Positions 10,978 through 19,663 of a stretch of 64,000 bases of DNA are shown here, in pieces. Every line of letters begins with the position of its first letter. Position 1 is the stretch's first letter. The stretch comes from an uncultured Planctomycetaceae bacterium (GTDB taxonomy: Bacteria; Planctomycetota; Planctomycetia; Planctomycetales; Planctomycetaceae). The notes below the pieces were generated by a model. That model searched no databases, was not told the DNA's origin, and was given only the letters and a program-made list of their open reading frames with translations. The translations under genes were made by a program, and so were the position numbers. Location of the stretch: NCBI GenBank assembly GCA_963815195.1, contig CAWFGE010000022.1, positions 64,001 through 128,000 of the forward strand. Direction: 5' to 3'.

Positions 10978-11194
10978 GTGAAATTGCGGTGGCGTGTGCC
11001 ATCTGGCTTTGCATGATTTTGTGAACCATGATTCTGTGATACACGGGGCGACGGGTTCATTTTCCGCTTTGTGGCTCACCCGCGACACGCTGCGTTCTGG
11101 CGGAACTTTCGTGTAAAGTACTGACGAGCTTTGCATCAACGTGCGCCCTGCACATGCTTTGTCGTTTCATAGCCCTAACCAGTCTGAGGAGAAT

Positions 11195-12398
11195 ATGCCC
11201 GAACATCGTGCGGATGTGGCCATCGTCGGCGGCGGAATCGTCGGCCTGGCGACCGCCTGGCAGCTCACGCGGCGATACCCCGGCAAGCGGGTCATCGTCC
11301 TCGAAAAAGAAGCCGAGGTCGCCCACCACCAGACCGGGCACAATTCGGGCGTGCTGCATTCGGGCATCTATTATAAGCCCGGTTCGCTGCGGGCGATCAA
11401 CTGCCGCGAGGGCAAGCTCGCCATGCAGGAGTTCTGCGAACAAGAAGGCCTGCCTTACGATGTCTGCGGCAAGGTGATCGTCGCGGTCGAAGAAGCCGAG
11501 CTCCCGGCCCTCGAGCGGATTTACGAGCGCGGCCAGGCCAACGGCGTCAAATGCGAGATGATCGACGCCGGCCGGTTGAAGGAATTGGAGCCGCACGCGG
11601 CGGGCGTCCGCGCGATCCACGTCCCGGAAGCGGGCATCGTCGATTACAAAGAAGTCTGCCGCCGACTCGCGGAGAAGCTCAAAGAAGCGGGCGGCGAGAT
11701 TCTGCTCCACTCCAAAGTCCGCGGCATGCCGCAGCACAACGGCCGCGTGGTTTTAGAAACCACGCAAGGAGACTGCGAAGCGGATTACGTCGTCAACTGC
11801 ACCGGCCTCTACAGCGACCGCGTGACCAAACTTAGCGGCCAAAAGGTGAACGCCAAGATCGTGCCCTTCCGCGGCGAATATTACGAGCTTCTGCCGGAAG
11901 CCGAGCACCTCTGCCGGAATCTGATTTATCCCGTCCCCGATCCGAGCTTCCCGTTTTTGGGCGTGCACTTCACGCGGATGATCCACGGCGGCGTGGAATG
12001 CGGCCCGAACGCAGTGCTCGCGTTCGCCCGCGAAGGCTACAAAAAAACCGACATCAACCTGCGGGACCTGTTCGAGTCGCTGACCTATCCCGGCTTTCTC
12101 CGGCTGGCGAAGAAGCATTGGCGGATGGGCCTCTACGAGCAATGGCGGTCGTTCAGCAAGGGGGCGTTCGTCAAAGCCCTCCAGCGGCTGATCCCGGAAA
12201 TCCGCGGCGAGCATCTAAAGCCAGCCCCCGCCGGCGTCCGCGCCCAGAGCGCTCAACCGCGAAGGCTCGCTCGTCGATGATTTTTTGATCGTCGAATCCG
12301 ACCGGATCATCAACGTCTGCAATGCCCCCTCGCCGGCGGCCACGGCGTCCCTCAACATCGGCCGCCTGATCGTGGAAAAACTCGCCCCGCGGTTTTGA
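11195..12398 (+). CDS. lhgO: L-2-hydroxyglutarate oxidase; frameshift at about 12248
   Basis: [46 protein letters not shown], then LVDDF...[10 protein letters not shown] in the next frame. Confidence 0.9.
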
Positions 12399-12410
12399 TC
12401 CGCGCCACCG

Positions 12411-12782
12411 TCATCGCTTCTGGTCGTGATGCATCAGCTCGTCGTTGGACAGCTTCGACATTTCCTTCGGGTCAGGCACCGTCAGCTTCCCATCCTTCAC
12501 TGTCATGAAAAACTGCATCGTGCCGTCCGCGGGAAATGCCGCCGGGTTGTTCCACTCGGACCGTGCGACCCGGTACTGCTTGTCGTCCGCGGTTGTGAAG
12601 TAGTGAAAGTCGGCATCGCTTCCCACGTAGTTGAAGAAGAGGAGGTGATCCGTCTCCTTGCCGAGTTCGGCGATACTGACGGTCTTCATGGCCGATCCGG
12701 TCTCCTGCCGCTCACATCCGCCCAGAATCGCGGGGACCACGAGCGACAAACCGGCGAGCAGGGTGATGAGTCGAGGTGGCAT
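12411..12782 (-). CDS. Small hypothetical lipoprotein
   Basis: MPPRLITLLAGLSLVVPAILGGC lipobox; GAGGA RBS upstream. Confidence 0.65.
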   Translation of the reverse strand: MPPRLITLLAGLSLVVPAILGGCERQETGSAMKTVSIAELGKETDHLLFFNYVGSDADFHYFTTADDKQYRVARSEWNNPAAFPADGTMQFFMTVKDGKLTVPDPKEMSKLSNDELMHHDQKR

Positions 12783-12884
12783 AACGTGTTCCTCTCGGCA
12801 ACCTTTTTTGAGGATACCTCGTGCCGGCTTGTTGGTCAATTTCGATGGCGGCTGAGACCGCCGCTGTGTGAAAGCGTTTCTGCG

Positions 12885-14840
12885 TCAAGGATTCGACACT
12901 TCAAACCCCAGAGCTTCGAGCCGTTGCCCAATCGCCGGGTCTTTCAGCAAGGCTTGGAATTCTTGAACCGCGGGGCGGTGCTGGCGGGATTTGGGGACGA
13001 CGAAATCGTAATGCTCCGCCTTGAAGGGCAAATAGGCGAGGCCGTAGTTCTTCGCCACGGTTTCGATGGCGACGCCCCAGTCGGCTCGGCCCTGCACTAT
13101 CGCCGCCGCGACGGCGTTGTGCGATTTGGGCTGGAGGGCATACCCCGGAGGTCGGCGGTCGCCCAGGTGCGAGTCGATCAACATCCGCGTGCCGCTGCCC
13201 GCGTTGCGGTTGACCATGTTGCAGTTCTCCGCCTGCGTGGCGATCTCTAAAAACTTTTCGATCGATGTCGCGCCGGCAAACCGCGCATCATCCGGGCGAT
13301 ACACCAAGCACTGCATCCGCCGGTAGCCGGGGATCAGGTCCAGGCCCTCGGTGAGAAACGGCGTGTTGTATTCGCCGGTGTTTGGATCGAAGAGATGCAC
13401 GCCCGCGAGGTCGCATTCGCCGCGCTTGGCGGCGGTCAGTCCGCCCGTGCTACCCACGAACAGCGATTTGGCCCGATAGCCGCGTTCGTTTATCACGCCG
13501 AGCAGCAAATCCAAACCGATGCAATGGCTGCCGATGACGACGAGGTCGGCAATCTCCAGCGACCGCCCCAGAAGCTGCACTTCGACTTTGGTGCCGGCTT
13601 CGAGGATTTCCGTTTGCTGGCCGATGGTCAGAAAGCCGTCGGCACAACTGAAGGTCGTCACCGAGCCGCTGCCTTTGCCCATCGGATAGGCCGCGAGTCC
13701 GCCTTCGCCGTGGACGAGGCTGACGAGCATGTATTCGGTGCGTCCGCGATCGGAATTGATGCGAAGCGGCAATGTCGCCCGACGGGTTTCGCGCTCGGCC
13801 TCGGCCCGTCCCGCCAATCGGCGAATCACCGGAGCGACAAATTCGTGAAACGTAAAGATCGCAGACGTGGGAAATCCGGGCAGAATCACGACGGCCTTCC
13901 CGGCGGTGACGGCAAGGCAAATCGGCTTGCCGGGTTTTAACGCGACACCGTGCGCGACGATGCCGGGGTCCGTCACCTGCCGGCTGACCACGCGGTACGA
14001 GAGATCCCCGGCCCCTTTCGACGTTCCGCCGGAAAGGATCACGGCATCGTACTTCAAGGCTTCGTCCAGGATTCGCGAGAGGGCGGCTTCATCGTCGTTG
14101 ACGACGCCCAGCGGCACCGGTTCCCCGCCTTGCTCGGTGACGGCGGCGGAGAGGATCGCCAGGTTCGAATCATAAACCGCCCCCGCGGGCAAGGGTTCGC
14201 CGGGCGGGACGATTTCGTTTCCCGTCGAGATAATCGCGATCCGCGGCCGGCGAAAGACCTCGGCTTCCGCCAAACCCACCGCTGCCAAGACGCCCACTTC
14301 GCGGGACGAGAGATGCTGTCCCCGCCTGAGCACCGTTTCGCCGCGGGCCATGTCGGTCCCGGCGAAGGTCAGGTTTTGGCCGGCGGTCACCGCGCGGGTG
14401 ATTTCCAGCCGGGGGCCTTCGTGGGTCTCCACCACGTCGGTGTCTTCCACCATGACGACGGCGTCCGCTCCGCGGGGCAGCATGCCGCCGGTGGCGATCG
14501 TGGTGGCCGTTCCGGGATCGACCATCATCTGCGGAGCCACGCCGGGCGAGAGCACTTCGGAATTGAACCGCACCCGCCGGGGGTTTTCCTCCGTTGCTCC
14601 AAAGGTGTCGCTGGCCCGCACCGCGAAGCCGTCCACGTTGGACCGATCGAACGCCGGCACATCGACGGGCGAAGCCACGTCCAGAGCCAACACGCGATCC
14701 AAGAGTTGAGCCAACGGCAAACGCTCGGTCCCCAAGGGCTCGAGCTTAAGCGCGCTATGAAACCGAGCGGCCGCCTCATCGCGGGAGATGACGTTCAAGA
14801 ACTGCTGCTGCCGGGCGGCATCGGGAATGGGGGTTGTCAT
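12885..14840 (-). CDS. moeA: Molybdopterin molybdotransferase MoeA fused to a C-terminal PBP-superfamily domain
   Basis: PAFDRSNVDGFAV, ISTGNE, SGGTSKG, LKPGKP, LPGFP; C-terminal GSHC, NRNAGSGTR, EHYDF. Confidence 0.9.
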   Translation of the reverse strand: MTTPIPDAARQQQFLNVISRDEAAARFHSALKLEPLGTERLPLAQLLDRVLALDVASPVDVPAFDRSNVDGFAVRASDTFGATEENPRRVRFNSEVLSPGVAPQMMVDPGTATTIATGGMLPRGADAVVMVEDTDVVETHEGPRLEITRAVTAGQNLTFAGTDMARGETVLRRGQHLSSREVGVLAAVGLAEAEVFRRPRIAIISTGNEIVPPGEPLPAGAVYDSNLAILSAAVTEQGGEPVPLGVVNDDEAALSRILDEALKYDAVILSGGTSKGAGDLSYRVVSRQVTDPGIVAHGVALKPGKPICLAVTAGKAVVILPGFPTSAIFTFHEFVAPVIRRLAGRAEAERETRRATLPLRINSDRGRTEYMLVSLVHGEGGLAAYPMGKGSGSVTTFSCADGFLTIGQQTEILEAGTKVEVQLLGRSLEIADLVVIGSHCIGLDLLLGVINERGYRAKSLFVGSTGGLTAAKRGECDLAGVHLFDPNTGEYNTPFLTEGLDLIPGYRRMQCLVYRPDDARFAGATSIEKFLEIATQAENCNMVNRNAGSGTRMLIDSHLGDRRPPGYALQPKSHNAVAAAIVQGRADWGVAIETVAKNYGLAYLPFKAEHYDFVVPKSRQHRPAVQEFQALLKDPAIGQRLEALGFEVSNP

Positions 14841-14850
14841 GACAATCACT

Positions 14851-16098
14851 TCAGTCGTAAAGATACACCGCCACCGTATCGCCGGGGGCGTAGCCTTCGC
14901 TGTCTTCGGGAATCAGCACGAAGCCGTTGGCCCGCGTCGTGGAAGATAAAATCGAGGCTCCGCTGAGAGCGATCGGCTCGATGGTTTGATCGTTTTCGCC
15001 CACGACGACCCGGCAGTAATCCAGCCGGCCCACCGCGGACACGATCTTGCGGGAGAGCGTGGCCTGTTTCGTGCGATGCGGCCAATCGGAACTGCGGCCG
15101 CCTTGCTTGCGAATCGCCCGTCCCGCGAAAAAATCATAAGCGCACAAACATGACACGGGATTGCCGGGCAGCAGAAACACGAGCGTGGAACCGATCCGCC
15201 CCATGCCGGCGGGGCTGGACGGCCGCATGGCGAGGCCGTGGAGATCGAGCGAGCCTTCCTCGGCGAGAATCAGCGGAGCATGATCCTCCGCCCCCACGCT
15301 CGACCCGCCCGACACCAAGATCACATCCGCCCCCGGATCGGTCATTGCTTCGCGAATGGCGTCTTTCTGATCGGGAAGATTGCGTTGCGATTCCAACACG
15401 CCGCCGTCGCGGTCGATCAGGCCCCTGAGCATGCTCGAATTGGCTTCGTAGATCTGAAACGTTCCGCGAGGCTCGCCGGGCGGGACGAGTTCGTTGCCGG
15501 TCACGAGAATCCGCACCTGGGACCGGCGAAACACCGGCACCTGGGCAAGTCCCAGAGACGCGAGCAATCCCACATCCTGCGGACGCAATCGCCGACCCGC
15601 CGAGAACACGCCGCGGCCCGCGGCGATGTCTTCTCCGACGCGGCCCACGTGTTTCCCCGGCGACACCGCCGCCGTCAGTTCCACTTGCCGGTCCGTCTCG
15701 GCGGCATACTCGGCCGGGACGACGGCGTCGGCTCCCGCGGGCATGGGAGCCCCGGTCATAATTCGCACCGCGGTTCCCGAAGTCACGGCCCCATCGAACG
15801 CCGAGCCGGGCAGCGACTGGCCGACGACTTGAAACGTCAAGGGATTATAGTCGCTGGCCCCATCGGTTTCCGCCGCCCTGACCGCAAAGCCGTCCATCGC
15901 GGAGCGGTCGAACGCCGGCACATTGAGCGGCGCGAGCACATCCTCCGCCAACACGCGTCCGCAGGCTTGGGTGAATGAAACGGTTTCCGACTCCAGCACG
16001 CGGGCGGTTTGCTCGATCCAATTCCAAGCCGCCGCCACGCGCTGCCGTTCCGCAAACCCCCGCATCCGGACATCGCGAGTTGATTTCCCTGCCGTCAT
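14851..16098 (-). CDS. moeA: Gephyrin-like molybdotransferase MoeA (second paralog)
   Basis: RDVRMRGF, PAFDRSAMDGFAV, IMTGAPMP, SGGSSVG, LPGNPVS. Confidence 0.9.
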   Translation of the reverse strand: MTAGKSTRDVRMRGFAERQRVAAAWNWIEQTARVLESETVSFTQACGRVLAEDVLAPLNVPAFDRSAMDGFAVRAAETDGASDYNPLTFQVVGQSLPGSAFDGAVTSGTAVRIMTGAPMPAGADAVVPAEYAAETDRQVELTAAVSPGKHVGRVGEDIAAGRGVFSAGRRLRPQDVGLLASLGLAQVPVFRRSQVRILVTGNELVPPGEPRGTFQIYEANSSMLRGLIDRDGGVLESQRNLPDQKDAIREAMTDPGADVILVSGGSSVGAEDHAPLILAEEGSLDLHGLAMRPSSPAGMGRIGSTLVFLLPGNPVSCLCAYDFFAGRAIRKQGGRSSDWPHRTKQATLSRKIVSAVGRLDYCRVVVGENDQTIEPIALSGASILSSTTRANGFVLIPEDSEGYAPGDTVAVYLYD

Positions 16099-16112
16099 CG
16101 TTCCTACCGTTT

Positions 16113-16740
16113 TTAACTTTCGTCTGTCGGAAAGCCCGCGTCTTTGAGGGCCTGTTCGTAGTCTTCGGGACGATTCGTGTTCCGCAGCGAAGCCAACGGC
16201 GGAATCCGCCGAACGCAAGTCCTCCACATCGACGATCTTCGCCCGGCAGTTTTCGATCAAGAAAAACGGCCGCAGCCGGTCTTCCGCGAGCAGCCGGCGA
16301 ATGGCGGGTTCGAGCGAAGTCCGATACGCCGCCGCCAACGGGTGATAATAGGCCGCCTCCTTGGGAATTGCCAGATCGTGATCGCCCAGTTGATCGAGCA
16401 CCGCTTCGACAAACGCCGGCTCTAAAAACGGCGCATCGCAGGACGACACGAACGCGGCTTCGCGGTGGGCCCTCATCAATGATAACCCCACCGCCAATCC
16501 CGCCAGCGGGCCTTTGCCCTCCACATCATCCCGCCCGATGAGCACATCCGCAGGCAGCGGCGGCAGTTCCTGTCCCGGAGCCGCCACGACGACAAGCGGC
16601 GACACGACTTCCCGCATCCGCCGGACCACGCGCTGGAGCAGCGTTTCGGGGCCGAAGGGCAGGAGATGTTTCGGGCGGCCCATTCGCGAACTCTTTCCGC
16701 CGCACAATATCATCCCGCCGAAGGAAAGGGCCTCTCTCAT
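16113..16740 (-). CDS. mobA: Molybdenum cofactor guanylyltransferase; frameshift at about 16204
   Basis: LCGGKSSRMGRPK, GPLAG, CDAP; shifted frame gives DPPLASLRNTNRPEDYEQAL...* ending at 16113. Confidence 0.88.
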
Positions 16741-16840
16741 CAAAACGATCTCCCGTCTTTACGCCGTCAAACAACAAGGCTCGGCCATCTCCCGCGAGAA
16801 ACCGAGCCTGTGTTGATTGTAGCAAACGCGAGCCGCGAAA

Positions 16841-17254
16841 CTATCCCCGTTTGACGGCGACTTTTCGCATCGCGGAGTCTCGGCTCTTGGGCAGCGTCAG
16901 TTTGAGGACGCCCTGCGTGACGACCGCTTCGATGGCGTCGCGGTCGATCTCGTCGGAAATGATGAAGGACCGTTCGTAGTCGCCGACCTGGTATTCCCGC
17001 GAGAAGGGTTTCACGCCTTCAAACGCGGGCGGTTCGACCTTGGCTTTGATCGTCAGGGTGTTTTTTTCGAGGGTGACATCGACCGACGATTCATCCGCGC
17101 CGGGCAGGTCCGCCCACAGCGTGATGACGTCTCCCGAATCGACCAGATCGACGTGCGGGCGAAAGACGAGCCGGCTTCCATTGCCGTTGTGGTTTTTGAC
17201 TTCCTGCGGTTCGGGGGTGACTGCTTCGGTGGTGCAACGGGTTTGATCGGACAT
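16841..17254 (-). CDS. Hsp20/alpha-crystallin small heat shock protein
   Basis: PHVDL, ADLPG, YERSF, GVLKLTLPK. Confidence 0.92.
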   Translation of the reverse strand: MSDQTRCTTEAVTPEPQEVKNHNGNGSRLVFRPHVDLVDSGDVITLWADLPGADESSVDVTLEKNTLTIKAKVEPPAFEGVKPFSREYQVGDYERSFIISDEIDRDAIEAVVTQGVLKLTLPKSRDSAMRKVAVKRG

Positions 17255-17321
17255 GGGAAAAACCTCCTCTCGGGAAGGAATGATCGAATGGGGTCAAATT
17301 ATGGGGGTCGCCGACTCTTGA

Positions 17322-17756
17322 CTACTGGGCTTTGACGACGACCTTTTTGGGCCAGTGTTCGCTGGGGCGGGCGAGGCGGAGCGTCAACACGCCTTTTTCA
17401 TAATTGGCCTCGGCGGAATCGGGATCGATCTCGACGGGCAGTTCCAACGTCCGGGAAAACTCGCCGCCTTGCCGTTCCCGGCGATAATACGATTCGCCTT
17501 CCTGCGGCTGGCCGACCTCGCGGGTGCCGCTGATGACGATCGTGTTGCGGTTCAGCGTGATGTCGAGCTTTTCGGGATCGATGCCGGGAATCTCGGCCGT
17601 CAGCACGAGCGTCGACTCATCGCCCCACAGATTCACGGCGGGAAACACCCGCGCGGGCGACACATTCCCCGCCCGCCGGCCAAACAAGCGGTTCATTTCC
17701 TGCTGAATCTGATCCAACTCCTGCCAGGGATTCCAAGGGTTCAACAACGTTCTCAT
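17322..17756 (-). CDS. Hsp20/alpha-crystallin small heat shock protein
   Basis: FPAVNLW, AEIPGI, RRERQGGEFSRT, GVLTLRL; GGAGGA RBS before ATG 17756. Confidence 0.92.
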   Translation of the reverse strand: MRTLLNPWNPWQELDQIQQEMNRLFGRRAGNVSPARVFPAVNLWGDESTLVLTAEIPGIDPEKLDITLNRNTIVISGTREVGQPQEGESYYRRERQGGEFSRTLELPVEIDPDSAEANYEKGVLTLRLARPSEHWPKKVVVKAQ

Positions 17757-17921
17757 GGCAAACTCCTCCAAAATGAAACAATGGATGTTTATTGGTTTCG
17801 GGTTCGGAATCGATCTCGGCGCGCACCTTCTTCGCAGCAGACAAACGGGGTTTTCTTCTCCTGCCCCTCCGGGCGGGAAGGTCGACTCAAGAACGGCCGA
17901 GAAACGTTTGCCAAGGGAAAA

Positions 17922-17937
17922 GCAATCTGTGTGCCAA
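17922..17937 (-). promoter_or_regulatory. Sigma54 (-24/-12) promoter of the hsp20 operon
   Basis: Minus strand TTGGCAC-ACAGA-TTGC, an exact consensus match. Confidence 0.85.
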
Positions 17938-18068
17938 ATACGATTTCTCAAGCAAGTCATCGTTGATCTTCTGCATTAAGTATTTGATGCGAAACAACTT
18001 GAGATGCAAGACCATTTCTGGAAGCGGCCAAGGAATCCGCCGGGAATCTCGTGATCCTCCCAAAAACC

Positions 18069-18133
18069 TGTCAAAATGGCGTGGTGTTACATTGTGTCAA
18101 AATGGCAGCATATTCGGCCCTGCCAAAATGACA
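18069..18133. promoter_or_regulatory. Three quasi-palindromic boxes, probable enhancer (UAS) sites
   Basis: TGTCAAAATGGCG (18069), TGTCAAAATGGCA (18095), TGCCAAAATGACA (18121), period 26 bp. Confidence 0.7.
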
Positions 18134-18266
18134 TTGCCGTTTCTCGAAGGTTTTTGCGTTCGCTGCACATGAAAACCTGGGGGTTTGACCGATGAGTGGG
18201 AGTATGCTCTTGCGCGGAACGTGCGCTTGAGACCCGGATGAGGCCTGCGAGGGAGAACCTGAAACG

Positions 18267-19649
18267 ATGACCGCTCGGTTTGCCGGTTCGCGAACGCTCG
18301 ACGAACGCCGACGCCGACGGCTGGCAAGCAACGAGTCGGAACGTTCGCCGGGGTCCGCTTCGGGGAAATCTTCGCCGTCCGAGCCGGATGAACCGGCGGA
18401 AGCCGAAGTCAAGATCACGCATTTCCCGCTCCGCAAAGTCATCTCGCCGAAGGGCTGGAAGATTTCGCTCGTGGGGGCGTTGGTGTTCCTGGCGGGGGCG
18501 GGGATTCTCGCCGCGTCCTTGAGCACGGCCGATTCCCGCACGCTCGGTCCCGGCTGGACGCGGCTGGTGCATCCCCACGGCGGGGCATTGGCCCGGATGT
18601 TTCACGCGGCCGTGCTCCTCTTCAGCGGGCAGACAGCCCTATTGATCTGGTGGGCGCGCTCGCAAAGCCTGCGGGACTTCGGCGGGCGGTATCACCTCTG
18701 GCTGTGGTCGGCGGTCGGGTCGATGCTCGCCGCCGGCAGTTTGGCGGGCGATTGGCATTGGGCCTGGAGCGACACGATCTGCTGGCTGTGGTCGGCCCGG
18801 TTTCCCCAGCGGGACGTGCTGTGCTGGATGGTTCCCGGCTTGATTCTCGCCGGTATCTTGTGGCGGAAGCTCCGCGCGGACATGCGGGACTCGACGGCGA
18901 GTTCGCTGCTGCTTTGGCTTTCCGCGGCCGCGTGCCTGGGGGCGTGCCTGTTTCGCCTGGGAATCGACCGCACGGGCTGGGACGATCCCGCCCGGCAATT
19001 CAGCGGAGCCTGCCTCCAAATGCTGACCTGCACCGCGCTGTTCGTGAGCTTTTTGGTTCACGCGCGATTTGTGATCCACATTTCCGCCGAGCCGCCGATC
19101 TATCGGCCTTCGCTTTGGGCCCGATGTTTCCAAGGCATCAAAACCCTCATCGGCCGACTTCCCAGGCCCAAACTGAAAACGCCGGTGCTGTGGAAACGGA
19201 AAACGGACCCAACCTCAAACGCCGCCAGCGGTCAAGCAAAACAAAACGGGGGCAACCAGCCCGCGAAAAAACGTTCCGAAAAATCACCAGCGAATCCGAA
19301 GGCAAAACCCGCTGCCGCGCCGGCCACCAATGAGGCCAAAGTGCAAACTCCGAAAACGGCGGCCGAACCTCAAGAGCCAGCCAAAGAATCCGAGACGGCG
19401 AAACAGCCCGCCAAACCCCAGGCCTCAAAATCCGCGCCTCCGCCGGCGGAAACAAAACCGGCCAGCCGACCCGAACCCACATCCGCCCAGCCCACCACAG
19501 CAGAGGAAAACCCCGCGACCGCTCCCGGCGGCAAGACGCCAGAACTCCGCGTGGACCAACCGCTCGATCCCGACGTACTCAAAGGTCTGAGCAAAAAGGA
19601 ACGCCGCCGGCTCCGCAAACAGCATCGCGACGCCCAACGCAGCGTCTAG
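18267..19649 (+). CDS. Hypothetical multi-pass membrane protein with a Pro/Ala/Lys-rich disordered C-terminus
   Basis: About 6 hydrophobic helices, then a low-complexity tail ending LKGLSKKERRRLRKQ. Confidence 0.75.
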   Translation: MTARFAGSRTLDERRRRRLASNESERSPGSASGKSSPSEPDEPAEAEVKITHFPLRKVISPKGWKISLVGALVFLAGAGILAASLSTADSRTLGPGWTRLVHPHGGALARMFHAAVLLFSGQTALLIWWARSQSLRDFGGRYHLWLWSAVGSMLAAGSLAGDWHWAWSDTICWLWSARFPQRDVLCWMVPGLILAGILWRKLRADMRDSTASSLLLWLSAAACLGACLFRLGIDRTGWDDPARQFSGACLQMLTCTALFVSFLVHARFVIHISAEPPIYRPSLWARCFQGIKTLIGRLPRPKLKTPVLWKRKTDPTSNAASGQAKQNGGNQPAKKRSEKSPANPKAKPAAAPATNEAKVQTPKTAAEPQEPAKESETAKQPAKPQASKSAPPPAETKPASRPEPTSAQPTTAEENPATAPGGKTPELRVDQPLDPDVLKGLSKKERRRLRKQHRDAQRSV

Positions 19650-19663
19650 CGGACGTCCTTTTA

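Noticed and set aside
14851..16743. 630-aa MobA-MoeA fusion in the ORF track
   Set aside because: The conserved MobA ending (RNTNRPEDY) and a TAA at 16113 lie in another frame; one extra base at about 16204 creates the apparent fusion
17757..17910. ROSE thermometer or CIRCE element at hsp20
   Set aside because: No TTAGCACTC-N9-GAGTGCTAA and no convincing hairpin sequestering the RBS
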